Assembly: GCA_030447445.1 (NCBI GenBank)
Contig: JAUJOW010000005.1
Span: forward strand, 96,053 to 160,052
Direction of reading: 5' to 3'
Length of the DNA stretch: 64,000 nucleotides
Source of the DNA: Acidimicrobiales bacterium
GTDB lineage: Bacteria; Actinomycetota; Acidimicrobiia; Acidimicrobiales; Iamiaceae
Shown here: in pieces, positions 28,624 through 38,194 of the stretch
Position numbering within the stretch: position 1 is the stretch's first letter
Layout of the letters: every line of letters begins with the position of its first letter
Translations under genes and position numbers: made by a program
The notes under the pieces: generated by a model
What the model saw: the letters and a program-made list of their open reading frames with translations, nothing else
The model's database searches: none
Told to the model about the DNA's origin: nothing

Positions 28624-29952
28624 GTGACGGTTCGGCTCGGAGGAGGCCAGGGGTTCTACGGCGACGGTCACGAGCCGGTCGAGGACCTGCTCGCCGCCGG
28701 CGTCGACTACCTGGTGTGTGAGGCCCTGGCCGAGCTCACCCTCGCCATCCTCCAGAAGGACCGCCAACGCGACGAGGCCCTCGGGTACACGCGCGACCTC
28801 CCCCTCTACGTCCACCAGGCCCTGCCGTGGTTGGTGGACGGGAAGACCCGCCTCATCACCAACGCCGGAGGCATCAACCCGGTGGCCGCCGGTCGGGCGG
28901 TGCGCGAGGCGCTCATCGCCGCCGGTGCCCCCCAGGTACGGGTGGCCACGGTGGTCGGCGACGACGTCCGCCCCTTGGCCACCGACCTGGGCCTGCCCGC
29001 CGATGCGCTGTTCGCCAACGCCTACCTCGGCGCCCGGCCCATCGTCGAGGCCCTGGCTGCCGGTGCCGACGTCGTGGTCACCGGACGGGTGGCCGACGCC
29101 GCCCTGTTCCTGGCCCCGCTGGTCCACGAGCACGGCTGGTCATGGGAGGACTGGGACCGCCTGGCCGCCGGCGTGGTCGTCGGGCACCTGCTCGAGTGCA
29201 GCGGCCAGGTCACCGGCGGGAACCACTCGGGGGCGTGGTGGGCCAACCCGGACCCGCTGCGGGTGGCCTTCCCCATCGCCGAGGTGGCCGCCGACGGCAG
29301 CGCGGTGGTCACGAAGCCACCCGGTACCGGCGGCATGGTCACCTTCGACACGGTCCGCGAGCAGCTCCTCTACGAGGTGCATGATCCCGCCGCCTACCTC
29401 ACCCCCGACGTCACCGCTGACTTCACCGCCGTCGCCGTCGACGACCTCGGTGGTGACCGGGTCCGGGTGCACGGTGCCCGCGGCGCCCCGGCGCCCACCA
29501 CCTACAAGGGGTTGGTGTGCACGGCCGCCGGCTGGGCTGGTGAGGCCCGCCTGGCCTACTCCTGGCCCGACGCCGAGGCGAAGGCCCGGGCCGCCCTGTC
29601 CTTCATACGGGGCCGGGCGACGACGGCGGGCGTCGAGGTGCTCGAGTGGCACGAGGAGTACTTCGGTGCTGGCGCCTTCGGTGGGCCCACGGTGGGTCGG
29701 GCTCGTTCGGACCGCAGCGTCCTCGAGCCCCCGGAGGTGATCGGCCGGCTGGCGTGGCGGACCGCCGACGCCGAGACGGCGGCCCGGGTCAGCCACGGCG
29801 TCGGCGTGTTGGGCCTGTCCGGCCCGCCGACCATTGCCGGCACCGGCAGGAGCCGCGATGGCCGACCGACCCAGTTGCTGGCCGTCGAGCCCTTCGCCAT
29901 CGACCGGGCCACTGTCGACGCCCGGGTCCGGGTGACCGTCGACGAGACCTGA
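28624..29952 (+). CDS. DUF1446 / AtuA-like (acyclic terpene utilisation family) protein
   Basis: VRLGGGQGFYGDGHEPVEDLLAAGVDYLVCEALAELTLAILQKDRQRDEALGY matches the AtuA N-terminal pattern. Confidence 0.8.
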   Translation: MTVRLGGGQGFYGDGHEPVEDLLAAGVDYLVCEALAELTLAILQKDRQRDEALGYTRDLPLYVHQALPWLVDGKTRLITNAGGINPVAAGRAVREALIAAGAPQVRVATVVGDDVRPLATDLGLPADALFANAYLGARPIVEALAAGADVVVTGRVADAALFLAPLVHEHGWSWEDWDRLAAGVVVGHLLECSGQVTGGNHSGAWWANPDPLRVAFPIAEVAADGSAVVTKPPGTGGMVTFDTVREQLLYEVHDPAAYLTPDVTADFTAVAVDDLGGDRVRVHGARGAPAPTTYKGLVCTAAGWAGEARLAYSWPDAEAKARAALSFIRGRATTAGVEVLEWHEEYFGAGAFGGPTVGRARSDRSVLEPPEVIGRLAWRTADAETAARVSHGVGVLGLSGPPTIAGTGRSRDGRPTQLLAVEPFAIDRATVDARVRVTVDET

Positions 29953-29963
29953 ACGGGCGGCTC

Positions 29964-30425
29964 TCAGGTCGGGGGGTCGAGGTAGGTGGCGGTGGCGAAG
30001 CGCTCGCCGTCGACCTCGATCGCGTACACCGACCCCTTGGCCGTCGACCGGGGACCCTTCACCTCCGTACCGGTGGCGGCGAGGTGCTCGATCACCCCAG
30101 GGATGACGTCGCCGTGGGAGCACAGGGCGGAGTCGGCCGTCGCGTTGGCCACGAGCAGCTGCATCGTGTCGTCCACCGCCGCCCCTTCGTCGAGGGCCGG
30201 GGTCAGCTCGACGTCGAGGCCCCGGTCACGGGCCAGCGGGGCCACCGTCTGTTGGCATCGAACCGACGGGCTCGACAGGACCCGACCCACCGGGCGCCCG
30301 GCCAGCAGGCCGACCAGGCCGTCGGCCTGGCGCCTGCCCTTGGCGCTCAGGGGGCGGTCGGCGTCGCGCCCGGTCCACTCCGAGCGTCGACCGGCCTTGG
30401 CGTGGCGGATCAGGTAGAGCGTCAC
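29964..30425 (-). CDS. Histidine phosphatase family protein (SixA-like phosphohistidine phosphatase)
   Basis: 153 aa. LYLIRHAKA...RPLSAKGRRQA (RHA catalytic motif) and a later SHGD. Confidence 0.8.
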   Translation of the reverse strand: MTLYLIRHAKAGRRSEWTGRDADRPLSAKGRRQADGLVGLLAGRPVGRVLSSPSVRCQQTVAPLARDRGLDVELTPALDEGAAVDDTMQLLVANATADSALCSHGDVIPGVIEHLAATGTEVKGPRSTAKGSVYAIEVDGERFATATYLDPPT

Positions 30426-30514
30426 GGCGGCCGACGATAGAGCGGCCAGCCGGCTGGGACGGCCGGGACACCGGGGCGGTGAGGCGGCCGCCGGTCGGTC
30501 GGTACCATCCGGCG

Positions 30515-30880
30515 GTGGCCCGCATCCAGCTCCGTGACCTCTGCGGGGCCCGCTCCGGGGACAAGGGCGACATCAGCGACCTGTCGCTCTTCGCCGACGA
30601 TCCCGCCGCCTACGAGGCAATCCGGGCGGCGGTGACCGCCGAACGGGTCCGAGCCCACTTCGGTGACCTCGTGCGGGGCCCGGTGCACCGCTACGAGGCG
30701 CCCAACGTCCTGGCCCTGAAGTTCGTCATGCACGACGCCCTCGGCGGCGGCGCCCCCCGTTCGCTGCGGGCCGACAACCTCGGCAAGACCCTCGGCGCTG
30801 CCCTCCTCCGCATGTGGGTCGACGTACCCGACGCCGTCGCTGCCTCGGCCCCCCGCCGCCGAGCCCCGCTCCACCGTTGA
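30515..30880 (+). CDS. Small AtuA-associated protein (DUF4387-like)
   Basis: GTG 30515 gives VARIQLRDLCGARSGDKGDISDLSLFADDPAAYEAIRAAVTAERV. It resembles the small partner usually encoded directly after DUF1446 genes. Family assignment is from memory only. Confidence 0.5.
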   Translation: MARIQLRDLCGARSGDKGDISDLSLFADDPAAYEAIRAAVTAERVRAHFGDLVRGPVHRYEAPNVLALKFVMHDALGGGAPRSLRADNLGKTLGAALLRMWVDVPDAVAASAPRRRAPLHR

Positions 30881-30948
30881 CCCGGCTCCGCGGGTATGCC
30901 CGAAGCTGCCCGAGAGCAGCTCGGATGGTGTCGTGGGTCTCGGTGTCC

Positions 30949-32259
30949 TCATCCGGTGGTGGTGTTGTCGGGTGGGTGGTGGGGGTCGTCGTCGTGTCGT
31001 GCGGTCGGGTCGGCTTTGGTTCGTCGGTGGCCGTGGCGGTGGTGGTAAGGACAGAGGAGGGCGCCGTTGTCTTGAGTGGTCTCCCCGCCGTCGGTGTAAG
31101 GAACGATGTGGTCGACGTCGCAGCGGTGGGCGGGGGTGTCACAGCCCGGCCAGGTGCAGTGCCGGTCCCGGACCTGGATGGCCCGGCGGAGGGCTCCGGT
31201 GAAGAACCGGGTCCGTCTCCCGACGTCGATGACCCGGGAGGGCCCGTCGAACACGATGCGTTCGATGTCGGCGTCGACCAGCAGCCCAGCCAGGGCCCCG
31301 GGGGCGATGATGGTGCCGTTGGCCAGCTCACAGACCCGCCCGGTCAGGGTGGGATAGTCGACCAGGACGGTGATGAGGGCCGGGGCCGGCACCCGTCGGC
31401 GGGGGCGGAGCGGGCCCGGGTGGCCATCTCGACCAGGGCATCGGCCCGCCGCTGGGCCGGCGTGCGGGCCAACTTGTCCACGGTGACGTCGTCGCCGTGG
31501 TGGGGCTTGGCGGCGGCCCAGTCGGCGGCGAACAGCTCGGCTTCGATCCCCGCCAACGTCTCGGCGAAGATGGCTCCACCAACAGGCTCCAGCAGGGCGT
31601 CGAGCACCCAGGTGCCCTCCAGGGTCTCCGAGCAGTGGGCCCGGCGGGCGTCACGCTGGGACTCGGCGTCGGCTTCGGTGTCGTCGGGGGCAGCCAGTTG
31701 TTCCCAGTAGGCCACCGCCCGAGCAAAGCCCGCCCAGGACAGCTCGGTGGCATAGCCGACCAGCACCTCCTCATCACGGGCGAAGGCCGCCTCCAGGCCA
31801 GGCCGGTTGGCTCGGGCCAGGCGGTCGGCGTGATCGCGGGTGATGTCCCCTCGGCGAGGGCCGCCGCGCTGGCGGGCATCCCACGGAGCCGGCGGGCCAG
31901 GCGCACCTCACCGTTCAACGCCCCCGGGGCTGGTGGGTGCGATGAGCCAACCAGGCCGCCGCGGACTTGGCTCCATCGGTCGACCAGGCCCGCCGGGCAT
32001 CCCAGGCCCCGGTCAGTTGAACCCGGGCGGCGTTCAGACGAGCCGACTGGGTGTGCAGCTCCACCAACAGACCAGACAAGTCCTCATCGCACAGACCGTC
32101 GACGTTGATCGCCTGCAGGTCGTCGACCGCTTCCCGAAGAGGAGTGACAAGACATTCCATAGGACTGTCATGAGCATAAGCAGGGGGTGTGACGGTCTCG
32201 ACGAAGGTTCCGGTTGTTTCGTCGGTGCGACGGCTGCACAACCTCGGAACCGGCTTCAA
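30949..32259 (-). pseudogene. DUF222 / HNH endonuclease (13E12-repeat-type) gene disrupted by about three frameshifts
   Basis: Four fragments in four reading segments. 31915-32259 is the N-terminus (...SAAAWLAHR). About 31850-31918 reads NGEVRLARRLRGMPASAAALAEG. 31344-31766 is the middle. 30949-31392 is the HNH part, with CDVDHIVPYTDGGETTQDNGALLCPYHH. Confidence 0.7.
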
Positions 32260-32615
32260 CTTATCGCCGCAGCCACTGATCTTTGATAACCAGGTGCGGC
32301 ATGTCTTCTCTCACTTCAGTGGCGAGCGGAGGTCCGCGGCAACGGGAATCGCTACCTCGCCTACTTGGATCAGGCGGCCACGTGGGCCGCTGCTCTTGGA
32401 GTCAGCCCAGAGATCATCGAGCGTGCTCCATTCGATGCTGGCGATGAGCTCTGACACAGCGTAAGCACGGGCAGATCACGGCCAGATGGTGTGTGGCCTT
32501 GGCCGCAGAAGTTGGCGATGGCGAAGGTTGTTCCGCCAGGCGGCGACGCCGACACGACGGCGGCGTCACATGCGACGGACCTGGCCCGCTGTGGATGTCG
32601 GCGACTCGCCGGGAC

Positions 32616-33743
32616 TCAACGCGCCCCGAGCGCTCGGAGGCCGGCGATCACGTCGGGGAGGGCGGCCAGGAGCGCGCCGATGTCGGCGTCGGTGGTGTTC
32701 CACCCCGTGGACACCCGCAGTGAGCGGTGGGCGTCGACGCCCATCGCCTCGAGCACCGGCGACGGTTCCAGCGCCTCCGACGAGCAGGCGCTGCCCGAGT
32801 GGGCGGCCACGCCGGCCCGGTCGAGGCCGAGCAGCACGGCCTGGGGCTCGATGCCGGTGACCCCGAGGCACACGAGGTGGGGGAGCCGGTCCTCGGGATC
32901 GCCGTAGACGACCACCCCGTCGAGGTCGTCGACGGCGTCGAGCACCCGGTCGGTCAGGCGTCGGGCCTCGGTCGCCTCTTCGAGGAGAAGAGTGCCGCAA
33001 TCGGCGGCCAGCGCGTTGGCGGCGGCGCCGAACCCGGCGATGGCCGGGGCGTTCTCGAACCCGGCCCGCCGGGCCCGCTCCTGGTCGCCGCCGACGAGCA
33101 GGGGGTCGAGGCGCAGCCCGCGGCGCACCAGGAGGGCGCCCACTCCGGGCGGGCCGCCGAGCTTGTGGGCGCTGACCGACAGGAGGTCGGCCCCGAGGTC
33201 GTCGAAGGCGATCGGTACCCGGCCGGCGGCCTGGGCGGCGTCGACGTGGACGAGCACACCACGGTCCCGGCAGCCCGCCACCACGTCGGCCACCGGTTGC
33301 ACCGTGCCCACCTCGTGGTTGCCCCACTGGATGTGGACGAGGGCGGTGCGATCGTCCACAGCAGCGAGGACGGCGTCGACGTCGACCCGCCCCACACCGT
33401 CGACGGGCACGATGGTGACGGCGCCGGCCCGGGCCGCCGCCTCTCTCACCGCGGAGTGCTCGACGGCAGGGACGACCTGGTGACGGCCGCGGCCCGTGAC
33501 ACCCCATGCGGCGGCGGCGATGGCCTCGGTGGCCCCGCTCGTGAAGACCACCTCGCGGGATCGGGCTCCGAGCAGTTCGGCCACCTGCTCCCGGGCCTGC
33601 TCCACCGCCACCCGGACGGCCATGCCCTCGGTGTGGATGCGGCCGGGGTCACCGGTCGGGGCGTGCAGGGAGGCCACGACGGCGGCGACGGCCTCGGGCC
33701 GGGGTGATGAGGTGGACGCGTGGTCGAGATAGTGGCGGGCCAC
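32616..33743 (-). CDS. Cysteine desulfurase (class V aminotransferase, NifS/IscS-like)
   Basis: 375 aa. PLP lysine in SVSAHKLGGPPGVGAL and catalytic Cys loop HSGSACSS. Confidence 0.9.
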   Translation of the reverse strand: MARHYLDHASTSSPRPEAVAAVVASLHAPTGDPGRIHTEGMAVRVAVEQAREQVAELLGARSREVVFTSGATEAIAAAAWGVTGRGRHQVVPAVEHSAVREAAARAGAVTIVPVDGVGRVDVDAVLAAVDDRTALVHIQWGNHEVGTVQPVADVVAGCRDRGVLVHVDAAQAAGRVPIAFDDLGADLLSVSAHKLGGPPGVGALLVRRGLRLDPLLVGGDQERARRAGFENAPAIAGFGAAANALAADCGTLLLEEATEARRLTDRVLDAVDDLDGVVVYGDPEDRLPHLVCLGVTGIEPQAVLLGLDRAGVAAHSGSACSSEALEPSPVLEAMGVDAHRSLRVSTGWNTTDADIGALLAALPDVIAGLRALGAR

Positions 33744-33781
33744 GCCCTCCAGTGTGGGGTGCGACGGGTGTGAGTGAGCGC

Positions 33782-34375
33782 TCAGCAGTTGTCGTCGGTG
33801 TAGGACTCGACCTCGTCGAAGGCCTCTACGTCGAAGGCGGGGTCGTCGGGGATGGCGTTGATCTCGTCGATGGTCCTGGCCTGCTGAACCTCGTCGGCGA
33901 AATCGGAGAGGATGTCGGACACCTCGGTGATCGCGTCGACGATCTCGCCGGGAGCGACGGCGGCGGCGGCGTCGACGGCGTCGAGGTACTCGAGGTAGAG
34001 GACCTGGAAGCCGGCCACGTCCTCGTCGTCGATAGCCGTCCCCAGCTCGTCGTCGAGTCGTTCGATGTCCGCGTTGGCCTCGCAGAAGGCGGTGAGCTCG
34101 CCACCGCCGTCGGTCGTGCCGTCGTCGTCGGTCGTGCCGTCGTCGTCGTCGATCGTCCCGTCGTCGTCGCCGATGCCGTCGCCGGGACCGTCGTCGGAGG
34201 GCTCGGTCGTGGTGGGTGCGGTCGTGGTCGTCGACGTGGCCGGCTCGGTGGACGCGGTGGTCTGGGAGGGCTCGGTGGTGGCCACCTCATCGGTGTCCAC
34301 GCCGCAGCCCGCCAGGACCAGCACGACGACGACGAGGCAGGCCAGCGCGGCGAGGGGGTGGTGGGCGAGGCGCAT
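33782..34375 (-). CDS. Highly acidic secreted lipoprotein, function unknown
   Basis: Lipobox VLAGCG after a hydrophobic signal. T/P-rich linker, then a D/G/T-rich tract (DDDGTIDDDDGTTDDDGTTDGGG) and an acidic helical C-terminal domain ending in Cys. Confidence 0.6.
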   Translation of the reverse strand: MRLAHHPLAALACLVVVVLVLAGCGVDTDEVATTEPSQTTASTEPATSTTTTAPTTTEPSDDGPGDGIGDDDGTIDDDDGTTDDDGTTDGGGELTAFCEANADIERLDDELGTAIDDEDVAGFQVLYLEYLDAVDAAAAVAPGEIVDAITEVSDILSDFADEVQQARTIDEINAIPDDPAFDVEAFDEVESYTDDNC

Positions 34376-34387
34376 GGGGGCAGGCGC

Positions 34388-35104
34388 TCAGGAGTCCACG
34401 GCGGTGACGCACACGGCGTCACCCATGGGGAGGGACGACTCGATGGCCGGCTGCACGTCACCGTAGAGGCCGGCCAGCATGCCCTTCACCATGCCCCTGT
34501 CGACCGCACAGATGACCGGGTGCTCGACGGCGGTACCTCCGAAGGGGCAGTGCTCGCTCACGATCCGCAGCTCGCTGCCCTGTTGCTCGGCGTGGGCGGC
34601 GAAGCCGTGGGCGGTGAGGGCGTCGGCCACGGCGTGCAGGGCCGACCGGAACGAGCGTTGGCCGTCGGCCCCGCCCATGGCCGCCGCCATGGCCCGTCCG
34701 TATTCGACGCCGACATCCTCGGCCATGGTCTCCGCAGCTGCAGCCGGGAGCATGGCCAGCGCCCGTCCGAGCAGGGTCACGAGCAGGTCGTCGTGGCGCA
34801 CCGGCACCTCGAGCGCCACCTTGTCGCCGGCCGCCGAGTAGCGCTTCGACGGCCGCCCGGCCCCGCCGGCGCCCAGGCGACCGACGCGGACCTCCAGGTA
34901 GCCGCCCCCGGCCAGCTTGTCGAGGTGGTGGCGAGCCACGTTGGAGTGGAGGGCGAAGTGCTCGGCCACCTCCGAAGCGGTGACCCCCTCGGGGCGCTCG
35001 TGGGCGAAGAGGTAGATGCGCCGCCGTGTCGGGTCGCCGAAGGCGGACGTGATGGCGGTGACCACCGACGCGAAATCGGTGGGGCTGAGGGGGCTCGGGG
35101 CCAC
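34388..35104 (-). CDS. ArsR-type winged-HTH transcriptional regulator with C-terminal Cys-containing sensor domain (SufR-like)
   Basis: GTG 35104. GDPTRRRIYLFAHERPEGVTASEVAEHFALHSNVARHHLDKLAGGGYLEV, with C-terminal Cys residues (EHCPFGG, VICAVD, AVCV). Flanked by Fe-S genes. Confidence 0.65.
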   Translation of the reverse strand: MAPSPLSPTDFASVVTAITSAFGDPTRRRIYLFAHERPEGVTASEVAEHFALHSNVARHHLDKLAGGGYLEVRVGRLGAGGAGRPSKRYSAAGDKVALEVPVRHDDLLVTLLGRALAMLPAAAAETMAEDVGVEYGRAMAAAMGGADGQRSFRSALHAVADALTAHGFAAHAEQQGSELRIVSEHCPFGGTAVEHPVICAVDRGMVKGMLAGLYGDVQPAIESSLPMGDAVCVTAVDS

Positions 35105-35198
35105 GGCCGGTAGTCTATGAGGGCGCCCGAGGAGGTCGTCGACGGCCGCCAGACACGGTACCGGCGCCTCCCACCGTCGTCCTCCGAGGAGATCACCG

Positions 35199-36341
35199 GT
35201 GCCGGTCACCGAAGCAGATGTCGTCGAAGCTTTGCGGCCCGTCCAGGACCCCGAGCTGCACCGCAGCATCGTCGACCTCGGCATGGTGCGGCAGACATCG
35301 ATCGAGGGCGCCACCGCGAAGGTGCTCGTCGCGCTCACCATCGCCGGGTGCCCGTTGCGCAACGAGATCACCCAGCGGGTCACCGGCGCCGTGACCGCGC
35401 TCGACGGGATCGACGCCGTCGACCTCGACTTCACGGTGATGACCGACGAGGAGCGTGAGGCGCTGCGCCAACGGCTCCACGGCGACCCCTCCGCCACCGC
35501 CGGTACCAACCCCGCCCACGGCCACGCCGAGGGGCGAGCCATCCCCTTCGCCGACCCGTCGTCGCGCACCCGGGTCCTCCTCGTCGCCTCGGGCAAGGGC
35601 GGGGTGGGTAAGTCGTCGGTGACGACCAACCTGGCCGTGGCCCTGGCCCAGCGGGGGCGCTCCGTGGCCGTGGTCGACGCCGACGTGTGGGGCTTCTCGA
35701 TCCCCCGCATGCTGGGGGTGGACCGCCCGCCGGTGGTCATCGACGGGATGCTCGTTCCCCCGGAGGCCAACGGCGTGCGCTGCATCTCCATGGGGTTCTT
35801 CGCCGGAGAGGACCAGCCGGTCATCTGGCGGGGGCCGATGCTGCACAAGGCCCTCGAGCAGTTCCTCACCGACGTCTACTGGGACGACCCCGAGTTCCTC
35901 GTGGTCGACCTGCCGCCGGGCACCGGTGACATCTCCATCTCCCTCGCCCAGTTCCTCCCCCGGGCCGAGGTCTACGTGGTGACCACCCCCCAGCCGGCCG
36001 CCCAGCGGGTCGCCCAACGGGCCGCCTTCATGGCCCAGAAGGTGAACCTGGGCGTCCGGGGCGTGATCGAGAACATGTCGTGGTTCACCGGCGACGACGG
36101 GAAGCGATACGAGATCTTCGGGTCGGGCGGCGGCCACGACCTCGCGCAGCGCCTCGAGGTCCCCCTCCTCGGCCAGGTACCGCTGCTGGCCGAGCTTCGG
36201 GCCGGCGCCGACGACGGCCGGCCCATCGTCGTCGCCCAACCCGACGGAGAGGCCGGCCGAGCCTTTGCCGCCATGGCCGAACGGGTCGACGTCGAGCTGG
36301 CTCCCACACGCCGGTTCCACCCCGAGCTGAAGCTGATCTGA
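35199..36341 (+). CDS. Mrp/ApbC/NBP35-family Fe-S cluster carrier ATPase with N-terminal DUF59 domain
   Basis: DUF59-like N-terminus (VQDPELHRSIVDLGMV). Deviant Walker A ASGKGGVGKSS. Typical CISMGFF and DLPPGTGD. Confidence 0.9.
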   Translation: MPVTEADVVEALRPVQDPELHRSIVDLGMVRQTSIEGATAKVLVALTIAGCPLRNEITQRVTGAVTALDGIDAVDLDFTVMTDEEREALRQRLHGDPSATAGTNPAHGHAEGRAIPFADPSSRTRVLLVASGKGGVGKSSVTTNLAVALAQRGRSVAVVDADVWGFSIPRMLGVDRPPVVIDGMLVPPEANGVRCISMGFFAGEDQPVIWRGPMLHKALEQFLTDVYWDDPEFLVVDLPPGTGDISISLAQFLPRAEVYVVTTPQPAAQRVAQRAAFMAQKVNLGVRGVIENMSWFTGDDGKRYEIFGSGGGHDLAQRLEVPLLGQVPLLAELRAGADDGRPIVVAQPDGEAGRAFAAMAERVDVELAPTRRFHPELKLI

Positions 36342-36342
36342 T

Positions 36343-36366
36343 CCCTCGGAAACCGAGGGTTCCGAG
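36343..36366. repeat. Short palindromic hairpin element (CCCTCGG-N3-CCGAGGG) directly after the mrp stop
   Basis: CCCTCGGAAACCGAGGGTTCCGAG. The same core occurs twice at 48519-48607. It is followed by a second imperfect GC-rich inverted repeat. Confidence 0.5.
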
Positions 36367-36409
36367 CCGCCGCGCCCGGTTCCGGGCGGGGCGGCATACC
36401 CTGCTCAGG

Positions 36410-37129
36410 GTGACCGAGGCGGCCGAAGGTACCCGGTTCGGCCGTCGAGCCGTGCTGGGCCTGCTCGGGTTCGGCGCCGCCGGCGTGGTGTTCGGGTCCA
36501 AGGCCCAAGGCCTCGTCGACAAGGCCCTGCGCCCGCTGACCGTTCGTGATCGCACCGGCCTCACCTCCTACCTCCCGGGCTCGGGCCGGTTCCGCATCTA
36601 CTCGGTCACCGGCCACTCGCCGAAGCGGACGGCGGCCGAGTACCGCCTCACCGTCGACGGGCTGGTCGACGAGCCGCTGTCGCTCACCTTTGAGGAGCTG
36701 CGGACGGGGCTGCCCCAGACCCGGCTGACCAAGGACTTCCAGTGCGTCACCGGCTGGCGGGTGGAGGACGTCGAGTGGGCCGGGGTCACCGTGGCCGACG
36801 TCCTCGACCGGGCCGGCGTCGCCGCCGGCGCCACCCACCTGCGCTTCCACTCCTTCGACGGCACCTACACCGAGACCCTCACGCTCGACCAGGCGCGCCG
36901 TCCCGACGTGCTCGTCGCCCACGTCATGCTGGGCGAGCCCGTCACCCGGGTCCACGGCGGCCCGGTGCGGCTCTACGTCGCCCCCATGTACGGGTACAAG
37001 TCGCTCAAGTGGCTGGAGCGCATCGAGGTGACCGACTCCCTCGAGCCGGTCGGGTACTGGGAGGAGCTCGGCTACGACGTCGACGCCTGGATCGGCCGAT
37101 CCAACGGCCGCCGGGACGAACCGGCGTGA
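36410..37129 (+). CDS. Tat-exported molybdopterin-dependent oxidoreductase (sulfite-oxidase fold, YedY/MsrP-like)
   Basis: GTG 36410 gives VTEAAEGTRFGRRAVLGLLGFGAAG, a Tat signal. FQCVTGW carries the Moco Cys ligand context. Also GGPVRLYVPxxYGYKSLKWL. Confidence 0.8.
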   Translation: MTEAAEGTRFGRRAVLGLLGFGAAGVVFGSKAQGLVDKALRPLTVRDRTGLTSYLPGSGRFRIYSVTGHSPKRTAAEYRLTVDGLVDEPLSLTFEELRTGLPQTRLTKDFQCVTGWRVEDVEWAGVTVADVLDRAGVAAGATHLRFHSFDGTYTETLTLDQARRPDVLVAHVMLGEPVTRVHGGPVRLYVAPMYGYKSLKWLERIEVTDSLEPVGYWEELGYDVDAWIGRSNGRRDEPA

Positions 37130-37139
37130 CGACCGGCCG

Positions 37140-37829
37140 GTGACCGTCCCCGTCGACACCCGCGTCGGCGACCGCATCCTGCGCTTCGATCGGACCGAGC
37201 GCGTCCTGCACTGGGCGAACGCCGTGCTGGTGATCATCTGCATGGTCACCGCCGCCATCCTCTACTTCGGACCGCTGTCGGCTGTCGTCGGCCGCCGGAC
37301 GCTGGTCAAGGACATCCACGTGCTCGCCGGGCTCGCCCTCCCGGTGCCCTTCGTGGCCGCGCTGGCCGGACGATGGCGAGCCGGGGTCCGTGCCGACGCC
37401 GCCCGGCTCGGCCGGTGGATCGGCGACGACACGGTGTGGCTGCGAACCCGGGGACGGGCCGCCGACGTGCGGCTCGGCAAGTTCAACGGTGGCCAGAAGC
37501 TCAACGCCACGTTCCTGGCCGGGGTGCTGCCGGTGCTCCTGCTCACCGGTGTCATCATGCGTTGGTTCGACCCCTTCCCCGATTCGTGGAGGACCGGGGC
37601 CACGTTCGTCCACGACCTGGGCGCCTTCGGGGTGTGGATCGCAGTGACGGGCCACATCGTCAAGTCGCTGGCCGAGCCCGAGATGCTGCGCTCCATGGTC
37701 AGTGGGTGGGTGCCGGCCGGTTGGGCGGAGCGCCACCGCCCCCGCTGGCACGAGGAGGTCAGCGCCCCCGACCGGACCGACGATCGGGTCGACCGGGACG
37801 ACCGGGTCGACGCCAGCGGCCAGCGCTGA
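37140..37829 (+). CDS. Cytochrome b (Ni-hydrogenase/formate dehydrogenase gamma-type, b561-like) membrane subunit
   Basis: RFDRTERVLHWANAVLVIICMVT and four hydrophobic helices with conserved His (HW.., HVLAG, HDLG, GH). Immediately downstream of the Moco enzyme. Confidence 0.75.
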   Translation: MTVPVDTRVGDRILRFDRTERVLHWANAVLVIICMVTAAILYFGPLSAVVGRRTLVKDIHVLAGLALPVPFVAALAGRWRAGVRADAARLGRWIGDDTVWLRTRGRAADVRLGKFNGGQKLNATFLAGVLPVLLLTGVIMRWFDPFPDSWRTGATFVHDLGAFGVWIAVTGHIVKSLAEPEMLRSMVSGWVPAGWAERHRPRWHEEVSAPDRTDDRVDRDDRVDASGQR

Positions 37830-37951
37830 CGGCGCTGAAACGCTGTGACGGATCGCCCCCGAGCGGCCGGATCGCAGGCCACCGGCCCGGCCCTACACTC
37901 GATCGCCGGTCGCCCGCCGGGCGGACCGGACCACCCCGAGGAGCCTGACGA

Positions 37952-38182
37952 GTGGACGTCCGCATCGGTGTCACCCACACGCCCAAGGAGCTCGAGATCG
38001 AGCTCGACGACAACGCCGATCCCGCCGTGGTGAAGGCCGACCTCGAGGCCGCCATCGCCGACGGCCGCATCGCCTGGGTCACCGACCGACGGGGCCGGCA
38101 GGTCGGGGTCCCGGCCGAGAAGATCGCCTGGATCGAGGTCGGCAGCCCTGACACCGATCGCCGCATCGGGTTCGGTAGCTGA
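37952..38182 (+). CDS. DUF3107 family protein
   Basis: 76 aa: VDVRIGVTHTPKELEIELDDNADPAVVKADLEAAI...VPAEKIAWIEVG. Matches the actinobacterial DUF3107 pattern. GAGGAG Shine-Dalgarno sequence upstream. Confidence 0.7.
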   Translation: MDVRIGVTHTPKELEIELDDNADPAVVKADLEAAIADGRIAWVTDRRGRQVGVPAEKIAWIEVGSPDTDRRIGFGS

Positions 38183-38194
38183 GGCGCGTCGGCC

